DNA from: an uncultured Acidobacteriaceae bacterium
GTDB taxonomy: Bacteria > Acidobacteriota > Terriglobia > Terriglobales > Acidobacteriaceae
DNA: 64,000 nt
Direction: 5' to 3'
Assembly: GCA_964245195.1 (NCBI GenBank)
Contig: CAXTLR010000014.1
Location: 14,283 to 78,282, forward strand
Below are positions 17,912 to 27,619 of this stretch, piece by piece. The notes beneath the pieces are model-generated. The model was not told the origin of the DNA. It ran no database searches and saw nothing but the letters and a program-made list of their open reading frames with translations. The number at the start of each line of letters is the position of its first letter. The stretch's first letter is position 1. Position numbers and translations under genes: made by a program.

Positions 17912-18946
17912 ATGCCTCTTCGTTCCGGATTCGTTTCGATCATCGGCCGGCCCAACGCTGGCAAGTCTACGTTGCTGAACGCGCTGCTTGGGCAGAAGAT
18001 CGCAATCGTCACGCATAAGCCGCAGACGACGCGCACCCGAATTCACGGAGTGCTGGAGATCCCCCTCAAGAAAAAGACTGCGACGGACGCCGGCCACCCC
18101 GCGGCGCAGATGGTCCTGGTAGACACGCCCGGAATTCACAAGCCGGACACGCATCTGGACCGGCGCATGATGCAGGAGGTGCATGACGCGCTCGAGACGC
18201 GGGATGCAGTGCTGTTCCTGGTGGACGTAACGCATAAGCTTCCAAAGGAAGATTCAGGCAAAGTGACAGGGCGCATGACGCTGTCTGTAGCGGAGGATGA
18301 GTTCTCGCTGCAGCTAATCAGGAAGCTGGAGTGCCCGGTGCTCCTGCTGCTCAACAAAATCGACCAGATTGCGCAGGCCGAGATCATGCCATTAATCGCG
18401 CACTGGGCGGCGCTACACCCGTTTGCGGAAATTCTGCCGATCTCCGCGCGCAAGAAGATCAACTTGGATCTGCTGCTCGACAAGGTGGTGGCGCATTTGC
18501 CGGAGGGGCAGCGCTATTTTCCGAAGGATCAGTTGACGGATCAGCCGGAGCGGTTCCTGGTGGCGGAGCTGATCCGCGAGAAGATTTTGCTGCTGACGGG
18601 CGAAGAGGTGCCCTATGCGACGGCGGTGGTGGTCGAGAAGTTTGAAGAGCCGGCGTCGATGAAGAAGCTCGCCGACGGCCGGCTGCCGGTGACGAAGATC
18701 GCGGCAGCGATCTTCTGCGAGCGCACGGGGCAGAAGGCGATCCTGATCGGCAAGCAAGGCAGCATGCTAAAGGAGATTGGCTCGGCGGCGCGAAAGGAAA
18801 TTGAGTCCCTGCTGGGGACGCGGGTGTTCCTGGAGCTGTTTGTGAAGGTGCAGGAGGACTGGCGATCCAAGCCGAACTTCATCGAGGACCTGGACTGGCG
18901 GCGGCAGCTGGAGCAGATCGCGGCGAAGCAGGCGGGGGAAGAGTAG
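17912..18946 (+). CDS. era: GTPase Era
   Basis: G1 GRPNAGKST, G3 DTPG, G4 NKID and KH domain ILIGKQGSMLKEIG. Confidence 0.97.
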   Translation: MPLRSGFVSIIGRPNAGKSTLLNALLGQKIAIVTHKPQTTRTRIHGVLEIPLKKKTATDAGHPAAQMVLVDTPGIHKPDTHLDRRMMQEVHDALETRDAVLFLVDVTHKLPKEDSGKVTGRMTLSVAEDEFSLQLIRKLECPVLLLLNKIDQIAQAEIMPLIAHWAALHPFAEILPISARKKINLDLLLDKVVAHLPEGQRYFPKDQLTDQPERFLVAELIREKILLLTGEEVPYATAVVVEKFEEPASMKKLADGRLPVTKIAAAIFCERTGQKAILIGKQGSMLKEIGSAARKEIESLLGTRVFLELFVKVQEDWRSKPNFIEDLDWRRQLEQIAAKQAGEE

Positions 18947-18980
18947 CTTTCATTCGCCGGGCCGGCAACTCCTTCCTGCG

Positions 18981-20339
18981 TCACTGGCCAGCGGCCGGGT
19001 TGGGAGCACCTCCGCTGAGCAGGGACATAGCCACAGCCGTTAATGTCTTGACGCCAGTCTCCAGCGTAGGTTCAGGGTCGGGCTCGAACTTGCTGGTATG
19101 CGGGCCGGGCAGCTCTTTGCCGGCGGCCTGGGCGGCGGCAAAGCGGTCCGGGTACATCGCTCCGAGGAAGTAATACGCAGTCGGAATCTTGTTGTCCGCA
19201 AGACCGAAGACACCCACGTCCTCGCTGCCCATGGCAGGCTTCCCGTCGATGAAGTTGTCCGTGCCGACAGTCTTGACGAGGATGGCTTTGACCCTGGCGG
19301 AGAGCTCCGGGTTGTTGTAAAGCGACGGCGTCGACTCGTCGTCAAGCACAGTGACGGTGGGCATCTTGTCCGCAGGCATGCCGGCGGAGGTGGCGACACC
19401 CATGGCCATCTGCCGGATGCCGTCGAGGATCACCTGGCGGCTCTTCTCGCTGAAAGCGCGGGTGGTGAGCTCGAGCTTTACCTCGTTCGGAATGATGTTG
19501 CGCTTGGTGCCGCCGTGGATGTCGCCCACGGTGACCACTGCGGGAGCGAGCGGGCTCTCTTCGCGGCTGACGATGGTCTGCATCTGCACAATGAGCATGG
19601 CGGCCATGACGACGGGGTCCTTGCCTGCCTCGGGCGAGGCGCCATGGCCGCCGATGCCGTGCAGGGTGACGTCGACAGAGGTGGAGCTGGCGAGTGCGGG
19701 GCCGCTGGTGAGGACGACTTTGCCGGCAGGCGCGCCGTTGGTGTCATGCAGGCCGATGATCATGTCGGGCTTGCCAAAGCGCTCGTAGAGATGATCGGCA
19801 AGCATGGCCTTGGCGCCGTCGATGGTCTCTTCACTCGGCTGGCCGACGATCATCAGCGTGCCGTGCCACTGCGATTTGGCGGAGGCGAGTGCGCGCGCCG
19901 TGCCGATGAGCACCGTGGTGTGGACGTCGTGTCCGCAGGCTTCCATCACACCGACGTCCTGGCCGGACTTGTTCTTGACGGTGACGTGGCTCGCATAGGG
20001 CACGCCGGTCTCTTCGATGATGGGTAGCCCGTCCATGTCGCCGCGTACCAGCAGCGTCGGGCCTGCGCCGTTCTTGAGCGTGCCCACGACGCCATAGGCG
20101 CGGGAGCCGTCGGGGTAAACGCCGACGTGATCGGTGACGGTATAGCCAGCCTTGCGCAGCTCGGTGGCGACCAGGGCGGAGGTGTTGACTTCGAAGTGGG
20201 AGAGCTCGGGGTGCGCGTGGATTTGCTTGTAGGTGTCGACGAGCCCCGGGAGCTCTTGCTTCTCAAACGCGGAGACGTCCTGCGCGACGGCGGGAGCCAG
20301 GGACAGGCTGAACAGGGCCAGGGCGAAAGCTTTGGTCAT
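18981..20339 (-). CDS. M20 amidohydrolase (peptidase M20D), secreted
   Basis: Signal peptide plus HAHPELS, RGDMDGLP, ACGHDVH, QPSEE, GSEDVG and PHT motifs. Confidence 0.92.
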   Translation of the reverse strand: MTKAFALALFSLSLAPAVAQDVSAFEKQELPGLVDTYKQIHAHPELSHFEVNTSALVATELRKAGYTVTDHVGVYPDGSRAYGVVGTLKNGAGPTLLVRGDMDGLPIIEETGVPYASHVTVKNKSGQDVGVMEACGHDVHTTVLIGTARALASAKSQWHGTLMIVGQPSEETIDGAKAMLADHLYERFGKPDMIIGLHDTNGAPAGKVVLTSGPALASSTSVDVTLHGIGGHGASPEAGKDPVVMAAMLIVQMQTIVSREESPLAPAVVTVGDIHGGTKRNIIPNEVKLELTTRAFSEKSRQVILDGIRQMAMGVATSAGMPADKMPTVTVLDDESTPSLYNNPELSARVKAILVKTVGTDNFIDGKPAMGSEDVGVFGLADNKIPTAYYFLGAMYPDRFAAAQAAGKELPGPHTSKFEPDPEPTLETGVKTLTAVAMSLLSGGAPNPAAGQ

Positions 20340-20398
20340 CAAAAGCCTCAAGGGGTGTGAGTGTTTTCAGAGTTTACACGTGCCAGGAAAGAACGGCG

Positions 20399-21787
20399 CT
20401 ACTCCTTGACGCTAACGCCGAGAGCTTTCATCTTGCGGTAGAGGTGGCTGCGTTCGAGGCCGAGACCTTCGGCGGCGCGGCTCACATTGCCATGGCACTC
20501 GTCGATCTTCTTGAGGATGTAGTCGCGCTCGTACGCCTCGCGGGCTTCGAGCAGAGTGGCGAACTCTTCGCCGCGGGCAGCGGATTTGGTCGCCTCGCGC
20601 GAGTCGCGCTGCACGAGCTTAGGCAGATGCTTGCGCTCCATGCGTCCAACTTTCGGATTCAGGATCAGCACGCGCTCAACCAGATTGCGCAGCTCGCGCA
20701 CGTTGCCCGGCCAATGGTATTGCTTGAGCGCGACAAGGGCGTCTTCGTTCATCTCGATGCGGGGGCGGCCGTACTGCGCGCCGAACTCGGCGAAGAACTC
20801 CTTCACCAGCAGTGGAATGTCTTCCCTGCGATCGCGCAGCGGCGGCACGAAAAAAGGGATCACGTTGAGGCGATAAAACAGGTCTTCGCGGAAGTTGCCG
20901 CGGGCAATCTCCTCTTCAAGGTCCTTGTTGGTGGCGGCAATCACGCGCACGTCGACGTGCACGGCACGGCTCGCGCCGACAGGCAGAAAGCGCTGTTCGT
21001 CCAAGGCCCGCAAGACCTTGGCCTGGGTCTTGAGGCTCATGTCGCCGACCTCGTCGAGGAACAGAGTGCCTCCATCGGCGCGCTCGAAGGTGCCGCGCTT
21101 TTCGGCGGGGACGCCTGAGCCGCCGCCTCCCGGGGCCGCGCCGTGACGATAGCCGAAGAGCTCGGTTTCAATGTAGTCCTCGGGGATGGCGGCGCAGTTG
21201 AGCTCGACAAAGACACGGTCTTTGCGCAGGCTTTCAGCGTGCATGGAGCGCGCGATCAGCTCTTTGCCGGTGCCGCTTTCGCCGAAGATGAGCACGCGGC
21301 CGTTGGTCGGGGCCATCAATTTAATCTGCTGGCGAAGCGCCTTCATTGGGACGCTGGTGCCGCTCAACGGGCCTTTGACGGCGAGCTGCCGCGCGAACTC
21401 CTGGTTGTCCTCGCGCATCTGGCGCGCGCGTATAGCGTTCTTCAAAACAATCAGCGTGCGGGCCAAGGAGAGCGGCTTTTCAAGAAAGTCGTAGGCGCCA
21501 AGTTTGGTGGCGCGTACGGCGGACTCGATCGTGCCGTGGCCGCTGATGATGACGACCTCGGGCACACCGGCAGTGTCCATTTGTCGGATCTCCCCAAGCG
21601 TCTCGAGGCCGTCGCGGTCGGGCAGCCAGATGTCGAGCAGCACAACATCGTAGGCGGCATCGCGCAGCAAGGTCAGGGCCTCCCCGGCGGTGCCTGTGGA
21701 GGTAACGAGATAGCCCTCTTCGGCGAGGATGCTCTCGAGCGACTCGCGGATTTCGGCTTCGTCGTCGACGATGAGAACGTGGCTCAT
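20399..21787 (-). CDS. ntrX: NtrX-like response regulator (REC-AAA+-HTH)
   Basis: REC domain (LLDIWLP), Walker A GESGTGKE, Walker B LFLDE and Fis-type HTH (LGLERSHLYRKMK). Coupled to an NtrY-like kinase. Confidence 0.85.
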   Translation of the reverse strand: MSHVLIVDDEAEIRESLESILAEEGYLVTSTGTAGEALTLLRDAAYDVVLLDIWLPDRDGLETLGEIRQMDTAGVPEVVIISGHGTIESAVRATKLGAYDFLEKPLSLARTLIVLKNAIRARQMREDNQEFARQLAVKGPLSGTSVPMKALRQQIKLMAPTNGRVLIFGESGTGKELIARSMHAESLRKDRVFVELNCAAIPEDYIETELFGYRHGAAPGGGGSGVPAEKRGTFERADGGTLFLDEVGDMSLKTQAKVLRALDEQRFLPVGASRAVHVDVRVIAATNKDLEEEIARGNFREDLFYRLNVIPFFVPPLRDRREDIPLLVKEFFAEFGAQYGRPRIEMNEDALVALKQYHWPGNVRELRNLVERVLILNPKVGRMERKHLPKLVQRDSREATKSAARGEEFATLLEAREAYERDYILKKIDECHGNVSRAAEGLGLERSHLYRKMKALGVSVKE

Positions 21788-24201
21788 AGTGATGGACTGG
21801 AGACCAGAGACGGAGCTTCCGCGGCGGGTCGGTCGCCACTTTCTGCCATGCTGGCGATGCGAAATTCGAGGATGAATTTTGCGCCGGCGGGTTCGTTCTT
21901 TTCGGCGCGGATGCTGCCGCCGTGCTCCTGGATGATCTTCGCAGCAATGGCAAGTCCAAGCCCGGTACCGCGCTGCTTGGTCGAGAAGTAGGGCAGGAAC
22001 AGGCGCTCCTTCATCTCGTCGGTAAGGCCGCTGCCGGTGTCGGCCACGGTGAGCTCGACGAGGCCGGAGTCGAGCAGCGTGGTCGAGATGCGGAGCTCGC
22101 GCAGAAGGCTTCCCTGCATGGCTTCGACGGCGTTGTCGATCAGGTTGCCTAGCGCGCGCTTCATGGCTTCAGGGTCGGCAAGCACAAGAGGGAGATCACG
22201 GCTCAGACGGCGGATGAGGCGGATCTTTTGGGTACGTCCGGCGAACATGGCCAGCGAGTTTTCGACAATGGTGTTGAGGTCGGCGGGCCTTGGTGCGGAA
22301 GTGGGAAACTGGGCGAGCGAGGCGAACTGGTCGACCAGGCCGCGCATGCTTTCGACCGACGTGGAGATAACCTCGCTGCAGCGGCGGATGACCGCCACGG
22401 AAGGCGACTGGAGCTCGGCATTGGTCAGCGTGGTGCCGAGGCGGTCGATGTGGCGGGCGATCTGTTCGGCGGACAGTGAAATCGGGGTGAGCGGGTTTTT
22501 GATTTCGTGCGCCACACGCCGCGCAACCTCTTTCCAGGCGCTCTGCTTCTGGGCGCGCAGCAGCTCGGTCGCGTTTTCAAGCACCACGACATAACCCAGG
22601 TGCTCGCGCGCATGGCCTTCGAGCAAGGCGACCGTGGCCAGCAGATTGAGCGTGCCCTGGCTGTTGGTCCCGAGCTCCAGCTCGCTCGCGGCCGACCCCA
22701 TGCGGTGACTGCGCTTCATCAGGCGGTCGAGCGGCTCCATCAGCTCGGCAGGAAAGACCTCTTCCATGCGATGGCCGATGAAGGGGCGCTGGCCGCCTGG
22801 GTCGAGCATCTCGGTGAGAGCGCGATTGGTGAGGACGATGGAGTGCTCCGGATCGATGGTCGCGACGCCATTGGGAATCGTCTGGAGCATCGTTTCGAGC
22901 TCGCCGCGCCGGGCCTGGAGCGCGGCGTTGGCCTCGCTGAGCAAGGTAGTCGAGGCTTCGACCTGGGCGCGGCTGCCTTCAAGATCCTCGGCCATGCGGT
23001 TGAAGCTGCGGACAAGCTCGCCGAGCTCTTCGGTGGCACTCTCGGCGACGCGATGCGCATAGTCCCCGGCCGCTATCGAGTCCATCGCATCGGCGAGCGC
23101 TTCGACCGGCTTGGTCACCTGCTTCGAGAGATGCAGCGCCAGCCAGCTGGCAGCGAAGAGCGCCAAGCTGGTCATCATCAGCAGCAGAATCATGTAGGTG
23201 TTGCGCACGGAGCGGCGCGCGCGAAAGAGCGTCCAGTAGTCCGCGGTGGCTTTTTGCAAATGGGCCAGGGTGGCGGACATGCCGTGCGGCAGCGGCAGAC
23301 CGGTGACGACGTGGCCGATCGCGCCCCCCTGTTTGACGAGGGTGGCGGAGCCGAGGGCGAAGTCGGAGCCGGCGAGGGTAAAGACGGGATTGTCCCCGCG
23401 CTGGGCAGCGGCGAGGAGCTCGGCATTGGCGGGGTCGCGAGCATCGAGCCGCTCGCCGGGTTCGAGCGCAGAAGAGGCGACGTCCGGGGTTTCTGCTTCC
23501 ACATCTGCGCCGGTAGGCCCGGAGTAGGCAGCGTTGCGGGGCTCGGGCAGGAGCGGCTTGACGGTGGCGCCGGCACCCGAGCGCTTCGGAATATTGAAGG
23601 CCGCGACCGATTTGCCGTCGCGGAAGACGACCACGAAGCCGCCCTGGAGAGTGATGGCATGCTCGCGCAGGACGCGTTCAACGGGGGCTCGATTGGCGAG
23701 TCCTTCCTTTGCCAGCGTGAGTGCAGGCAGCGCGGCGGCGATGCTCTCGGCCTCGGCGCGAGCGTTGGCGGTGGCGTAGCCGGCGAGGTCGAGTGCCATA
23801 CGGTTGGACTCGTCGCGCATTTCCGTCACGGGTTGCGAGAACCAGCGATCGACGGCGCGATTCATCAAGCCGTAGCTGAAGAAAAACATGAACGAGATGG
23901 GCAGAAGGCTGACGAGGACCGCACCCCAAAGCATGCGCGTGCGCAGGCGGCTGCCCAGCACGCGGCTGCGCTGGTCGGCATAGAGCTTGAGCAGGTTGCG
24001 GACCAGCATGACAAGCATGCCAACGAAGAGCAGGAATGCGACGGCGGAGAGACCGGTGTAGACGACAATCTGCCCAGTGGTGGCGGGGCTGAGCGAGGTC
24101 AGTTTGAAGGCATTCAGGGCGGCGAGCACAAGGAAGACGACGAGCACGCCGGTGCCGGTGGCAATGATCCAGGCCTTGCGTTGCTGTGCGCTGGTCGTCA
24201 G
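21784..24201 (-). CDS. ntrY: NtrY-like sensor histidine kinase (HAMP-PAS-HisKA-HATPase)
   Basis: H-box AWKEVARRVAHEIKNPLTPI, N-box NLIDNA and G-boxes DTGSG and GTGLGL. ORF track starts at 24147; the frame extends to a CTG at 24201 with GAGG upstream. Confidence 0.88.
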   Translation of the reverse strand: MTTSAQQRKAWIIATGTGVLVVFLVLAALNAFKLTSLSPATTGQIVVYTGLSAVAFLLFVGMLVMLVRNLLKLYADQRSRVLGSRLRTRMLWGAVLVSLLPISFMFFFSYGLMNRAVDRWFSQPVTEMRDESNRMALDLAGYATANARAEAESIAAALPALTLAKEGLANRAPVERVLREHAITLQGGFVVVFRDGKSVAAFNIPKRSGAGATVKPLLPEPRNAAYSGPTGADVEAETPDVASSALEPGERLDARDPANAELLAAAQRGDNPVFTLAGSDFALGSATLVKQGGAIGHVVTGLPLPHGMSATLAHLQKATADYWTLFRARRSVRNTYMILLLMMTSLALFAASWLALHLSKQVTKPVEALADAMDSIAAGDYAHRVAESATEELGELVRSFNRMAEDLEGSRAQVEASTTLLSEANAALQARRGELETMLQTIPNGVATIDPEHSIVLTNRALTEMLDPGGQRPFIGHRMEEVFPAELMEPLDRLMKRSHRMGSAASELELGTNSQGTLNLLATVALLEGHAREHLGYVVVLENATELLRAQKQSAWKEVARRVAHEIKNPLTPISLSAEQIARHIDRLGTTLTNAELQSPSVAVIRRCSEVISTSVESMRGLVDQFASLAQFPTSAPRPADLNTIVENSLAMFAGRTQKIRLIRRLSRDLPLVLADPEAMKRALGNLIDNAVEAMQGSLLRELRISTTLLDSGLVELTVADTGSGLTDEMKERLFLPYFSTKQRGTGLGLAIAAKIIQEHGGSIRAEKNEPAGAKFILEFRIASMAESGDRPAAEAPSLVSSPSL

Positions 24202-24221
24202 GAGTGCCTCGCTGAATGAGT

Positions 24222-25163
24222 TTAGCGGCAGATGGTGTTCAGGCGGTCAAGGGGCTTGGAGTGTGGAGGCAGGCCGGCCTTTGAGACGCCATGCTTAAGC
24301 GCGAGCATGTCGGTAAAGCTGTCACCATCGACGTAGGCGACATCGGGATCTTCGCGGTAGGCGGGATCGGCGGCCGCCTGGGGCAGGGAAACGAAGGCGA
24401 AGCCGCGCTTGCGGTAAAGCGCGAGCAACTCAGGCAGCATGCGAGCGTCGAAGGCACCGACGTGCATGAGGAGGACGTAGGAAATGTCACGGCCGTAGAC
24501 TCGCGTCGCGTAGGCGCGGTAGAGCGTGATGTATTGGTCGGCAGTGGCGAGATAGGAGTCGTGAAGCTCCCGAAGGGCTGCGGAGTCGTCCTTTGCGGAG
24601 CAGCGGGTGTAGGGTTCATTCCAGAGATAGTCTTCAAAGTCCATGGTAACTTCCGCTACCTGGTAGTGATTGTCCGCGAGCCACTTGCGGATTTCCCGGT
24701 GCTTTTCAACGGTTTCGCCTTCCTGCAGGAAAGGGTAGCGGAACCAGTGCCAGTCATCTACGGGCATAAGCGTGCGAAGGAGCGGCTGGTTGGCCTCGAT
24801 GTCGGCTTCGAATTGGTAGGGCCGAGTGTTGCCGAGGTTAGGGTGCGACCAGGTGTGGTTGGCGAGGGGCTGGCCGGCGGCTCGCCAGGCCTGGAGGACG
24901 GCTAAGGTTTCGGGGTGCTCCTCGGTACGGACGCCGTTGATGAAGCCGTAGGTGGGTGGGAGGTGCTCGCGTCGAAGGGTGGTGAGGATGGATTGGATGA
25001 TGTCGAGGCGAGACTGAGCTGGTGGGTGGGCTCCGTGGGCGGGGAGATCGTCGAAAGTGATGGCGAGTTGAAGCTGAGCTTGGGCGGCTGGGACGAAGAG
25101 GGCGAGCAACGCGTTCAGGAGAGCGGCGATGGTAGCGCGTTGCAGGTTTGCGTTCGCGGTCAA
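24222..25163 (-). CDS. Polysaccharide deacetylase (NodB/CE4), exported
   Basis: Motifs TFDDLP, NHTWSH and WFRYPFL, plus a signal peptide. TTG start with GGAG upstream. Confidence 0.9.
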   Translation of the reverse strand: MTANANLQRATIAALLNALLALFVPAAQAQLQLAITFDDLPAHGAHPPAQSRLDIIQSILTTLRREHLPPTYGFINGVRTEEHPETLAVLQAWRAAGQPLANHTWSHPNLGNTRPYQFEADIEANQPLLRTLMPVDDWHWFRYPFLQEGETVEKHREIRKWLADNHYQVAEVTMDFEDYLWNEPYTRCSAKDDSAALRELHDSYLATADQYITLYRAYATRVYGRDISYVLLMHVGAFDARMLPELLALYRKRGFAFVSLPQAAADPAYREDPDVAYVDGDSFTDMLALKHGVSKAGLPPHSKPLDRLNTICR

Positions 25164-25230
25164 CTATTGCTCCGATCTGAGTGATACGGCTTGCTTGGCG
25201 CAGCCCAGCGGCTCGCGGCAAAAAGCGTAC

Positions 25231-26343
25231 TTACAGCAGTTCCGCGACCGGTCTCCACTCGCGTTGCTGGGCTTTGGCCACGGCTTCGTAGGTCAGGGTT
25301 CCGGCGTAGGTGTTTACGCCTTCGGCAATGCCCTTGTCTTCGGCGATGGCTGCCTTGGCGCCAATGCCGGCGAGCTTCAGCAGATAGGGGAAGGTAGCGT
25401 TGGTAAGCGCCAGGGTCGAGGTGTTCGGTACCGCAGCCGGCATGTTGGTGACGCAATAATGGACCACGCCGTCCACCTCGAAGCTCGGGTCACTGTGCGT
25501 GGTGGGGCGGGCGGTCTCGATGCAGCCGCCCTGGTCGATGGCGACGTCAACGATGACCGCGCCTTTCTTCATCTTCGCCACCATGGCCTTGGTGACGATC
25601 TTCGGTGCGGCGGCTCCCGGGATCAGCACGCCGCCGATGACCAGGTCGGCCTCTGAGACGGCACGCTCCACGTTGTAGCTGTTCGAGGCAAGCGTGTGCA
25701 CGCGGCCGCCGAAGATGTCGTCGATCTCACGCAAACGGTTCAGGTTCAGATCGACCAGGGTGACCCGCGCGCCCATGCCGAGCGCGATCTTGGCCGCATT
25801 GGTGCCCACGATGCCGCCCCCGATCACGCAGACATTTGCCGGGGGTGTACCGGGGACGCCGCCGAGCAGAACGCCGCGTCCGCCGTGCTCCTTCTCAAGA
25901 TACGTGGCGCCAACCTGGACGCTCATCCGTCCGGCGACCTCGCTCATCGGCGTCAGCAGCGGCAAGGTGCCGGCGCGGTCGCGGACAGTCTCGTAGGCAA
26001 TGCCGGTCACCTTCTTCTCGAGCAGCGCGTCGGTCAACTCGCGCAGCGGCGCGAGGTGAAGATAGGTGAAAAGCACAAGGCCTTCGCGGAAGTGGCGATA
26101 CTCCTTCTCGGTCGGCTCTTTGACCTTGACGACCATGTCGGCAAGCCGCCAGACATCATAGGCGGAACCCACGATCTCGGCTCCGGCCGCCTGGAAGCCA
26201 TCGTCAGGAAACCCGGAGAGTGCGCCTGCGTTGGTCTCGACAAGCACCGTGTGTCCGCCCTCGGTAAGCGCCTTGACTCCGGCCGGGGTAACACCCACGC
26301 GGCTCTCGTGATCCTTTACTTCCCTCGGTACGCCAATCGTCAT
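25231..26343 (-). CDS. ald: Alanine dehydrogenase
   Basis: [53 protein letters not shown] and YCVTNMP. Start at ATG 26343. Confidence 0.97.
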   Translation of the reverse strand: MTIGVPREVKDHESRVGVTPAGVKALTEGGHTVLVETNAGALSGFPDDGFQAAGAEIVGSAYDVWRLADMVVKVKEPTEKEYRHFREGLVLFTYLHLAPLRELTDALLEKKVTGIAYETVRDRAGTLPLLTPMSEVAGRMSVQVGATYLEKEHGGRGVLLGGVPGTPPANVCVIGGGIVGTNAAKIALGMGARVTLVDLNLNRLREIDDIFGGRVHTLASNSYNVERAVSEADLVIGGVLIPGAAAPKIVTKAMVAKMKKGAVIVDVAIDQGGCIETARPTTHSDPSFEVDGVVHYCVTNMPAAVPNTSTLALTNATFPYLLKLAGIGAKAAIAEDKGIAEGVNTYAGTLTYEAVAKAQQREWRPVAELL

Positions 26344-26508
26344 TCGGCTTATCTCCAAAACTGATCTAAGTATCGCATCGCCCGGGTGACTGTTGACATT
26401 CTCGCTAATGGCGTGCCGCGCAAGTGTCTCGGTCGAGCCTCGCGCGCCCGCGTACAATGGTGGGATAGACAAGATCCGCATTCAATCGATTGGGAATAGC
26501 GCTTCATA

Positions 26509-27576
26509 ATGTCCTCGAACAACTATCAGTCGTCCCGCTACTCGCGCGTTCACAACATGCGCTCCCTGTTCAGCCTCTTCTCGTCCGATCTGGCGATCGA
26601 CCTGGGAACGGCCAACACGCTCGTCTTCGCGCATAACAAAGGCATCATCGTCAATGAGCCATCAATCATCGCGGTGAACCAGGTGACCGGCGAGATCGAG
26701 GCCGTCGGCAAAGAGGCCAAGGAAATGCTGGGGCGTACGCCCGGCAACATCGTGGCCATCAAGCCCATGAAGGACGGCGTCATCGCGGACTTCAAGCAGA
26801 CCGAGAAGATGCTGAACTACTTCATCCAGAAGGCGCACAACCGCAAGATGCTGGTGCATCCGCGCATCGTCATCGGGGTGCCGTCCGAGATTACGCAGGT
26901 TGAAAAGCGCGCGGTCATGGACTCGGCCTACCGGGCCAAGGCAAGCGAGGTGCACCTGGTCGAGCAGGCCATGGTAGCGGCCATTGGCGCGGGGCTGCCG
27001 ATTACGGAGCCAGGCGGCAACATGGTAGTCGATATCGGCGGCGGAACCACCGACATTGCGGTGATCTCGCTAGCGGGGATTGTGTATTCGCGCTCGGTAC
27101 GCATGGCCGGGAACCAGATGGACGAGTCGATCATCACCTACATCAAGCGCAAGTACAACCTCCTGATCGGCGAGCGGACGGCGGAGCAGATCAAGATGGA
27201 GCTGGGCTCGGCGTACGTGCTCGACCAGCCGCTGACCAAGACCATCACCGGGCGCAACTTGATCGAGGGCGTACCCAAGACCATCACGATCGACGACACG
27301 GAGATTCGCGAGGCGCTGGCAGAGTCGATCGCCACGATCATCAACGGCATCCGCGTGGCGCTCGAGCGGACCCCGCCGGAGCTTTCAGCCGACATCTCCG
27401 ACCGTGGCATTGTGCTCACCGGCGGCGGAGCGCTCATCAAAAATCTGGACAAGCGGATTCGCGAGGAAACGGGCTTGCCGGTCTCAATCGCGGACGATCC
27501 GCTGGCGTCGGTGGTGCTCGGCACGGGCCAGATGCTCTCGAACTTCAAGCTGCTGCGGAAAATCTCGATCGACTGA
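26509..27576 (+). CDS. mreB: Rod shape-determining protein MreB
   Basis: Motifs IDLGTANTL, PMKDGVIADF, VDIGGGTTD, IGERTAEQIK and LTGGGALI. Confidence 0.96.
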   Translation: MSSNNYQSSRYSRVHNMRSLFSLFSSDLAIDLGTANTLVFAHNKGIIVNEPSIIAVNQVTGEIEAVGKEAKEMLGRTPGNIVAIKPMKDGVIADFKQTEKMLNYFIQKAHNRKMLVHPRIVIGVPSEITQVEKRAVMDSAYRAKASEVHLVEQAMVAAIGAGLPITEPGGNMVVDIGGGTTDIAVISLAGIVYSRSVRMAGNQMDESIITYIKRKYNLLIGERTAEQIKMELGSAYVLDQPLTKTITGRNLIEGVPKTITIDDTEIREALAESIATIINGIRVALERTPPELSADISDRGIVLTGGGALIKNLDKRIREETGLPVSIADDPLASVVLGTGQMLSNFKLLRKISID

Positions 27577-27619
27577 GGTTGGTCTGGCTTTCTGTGTGGA
27601 CGGAACCAAACGAAGCTTC

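Noticed and set aside
22507-24219. 570-aa plus-strand ORF
   Set aside because: It is the antisense shadow of the NtrY-like kinase.
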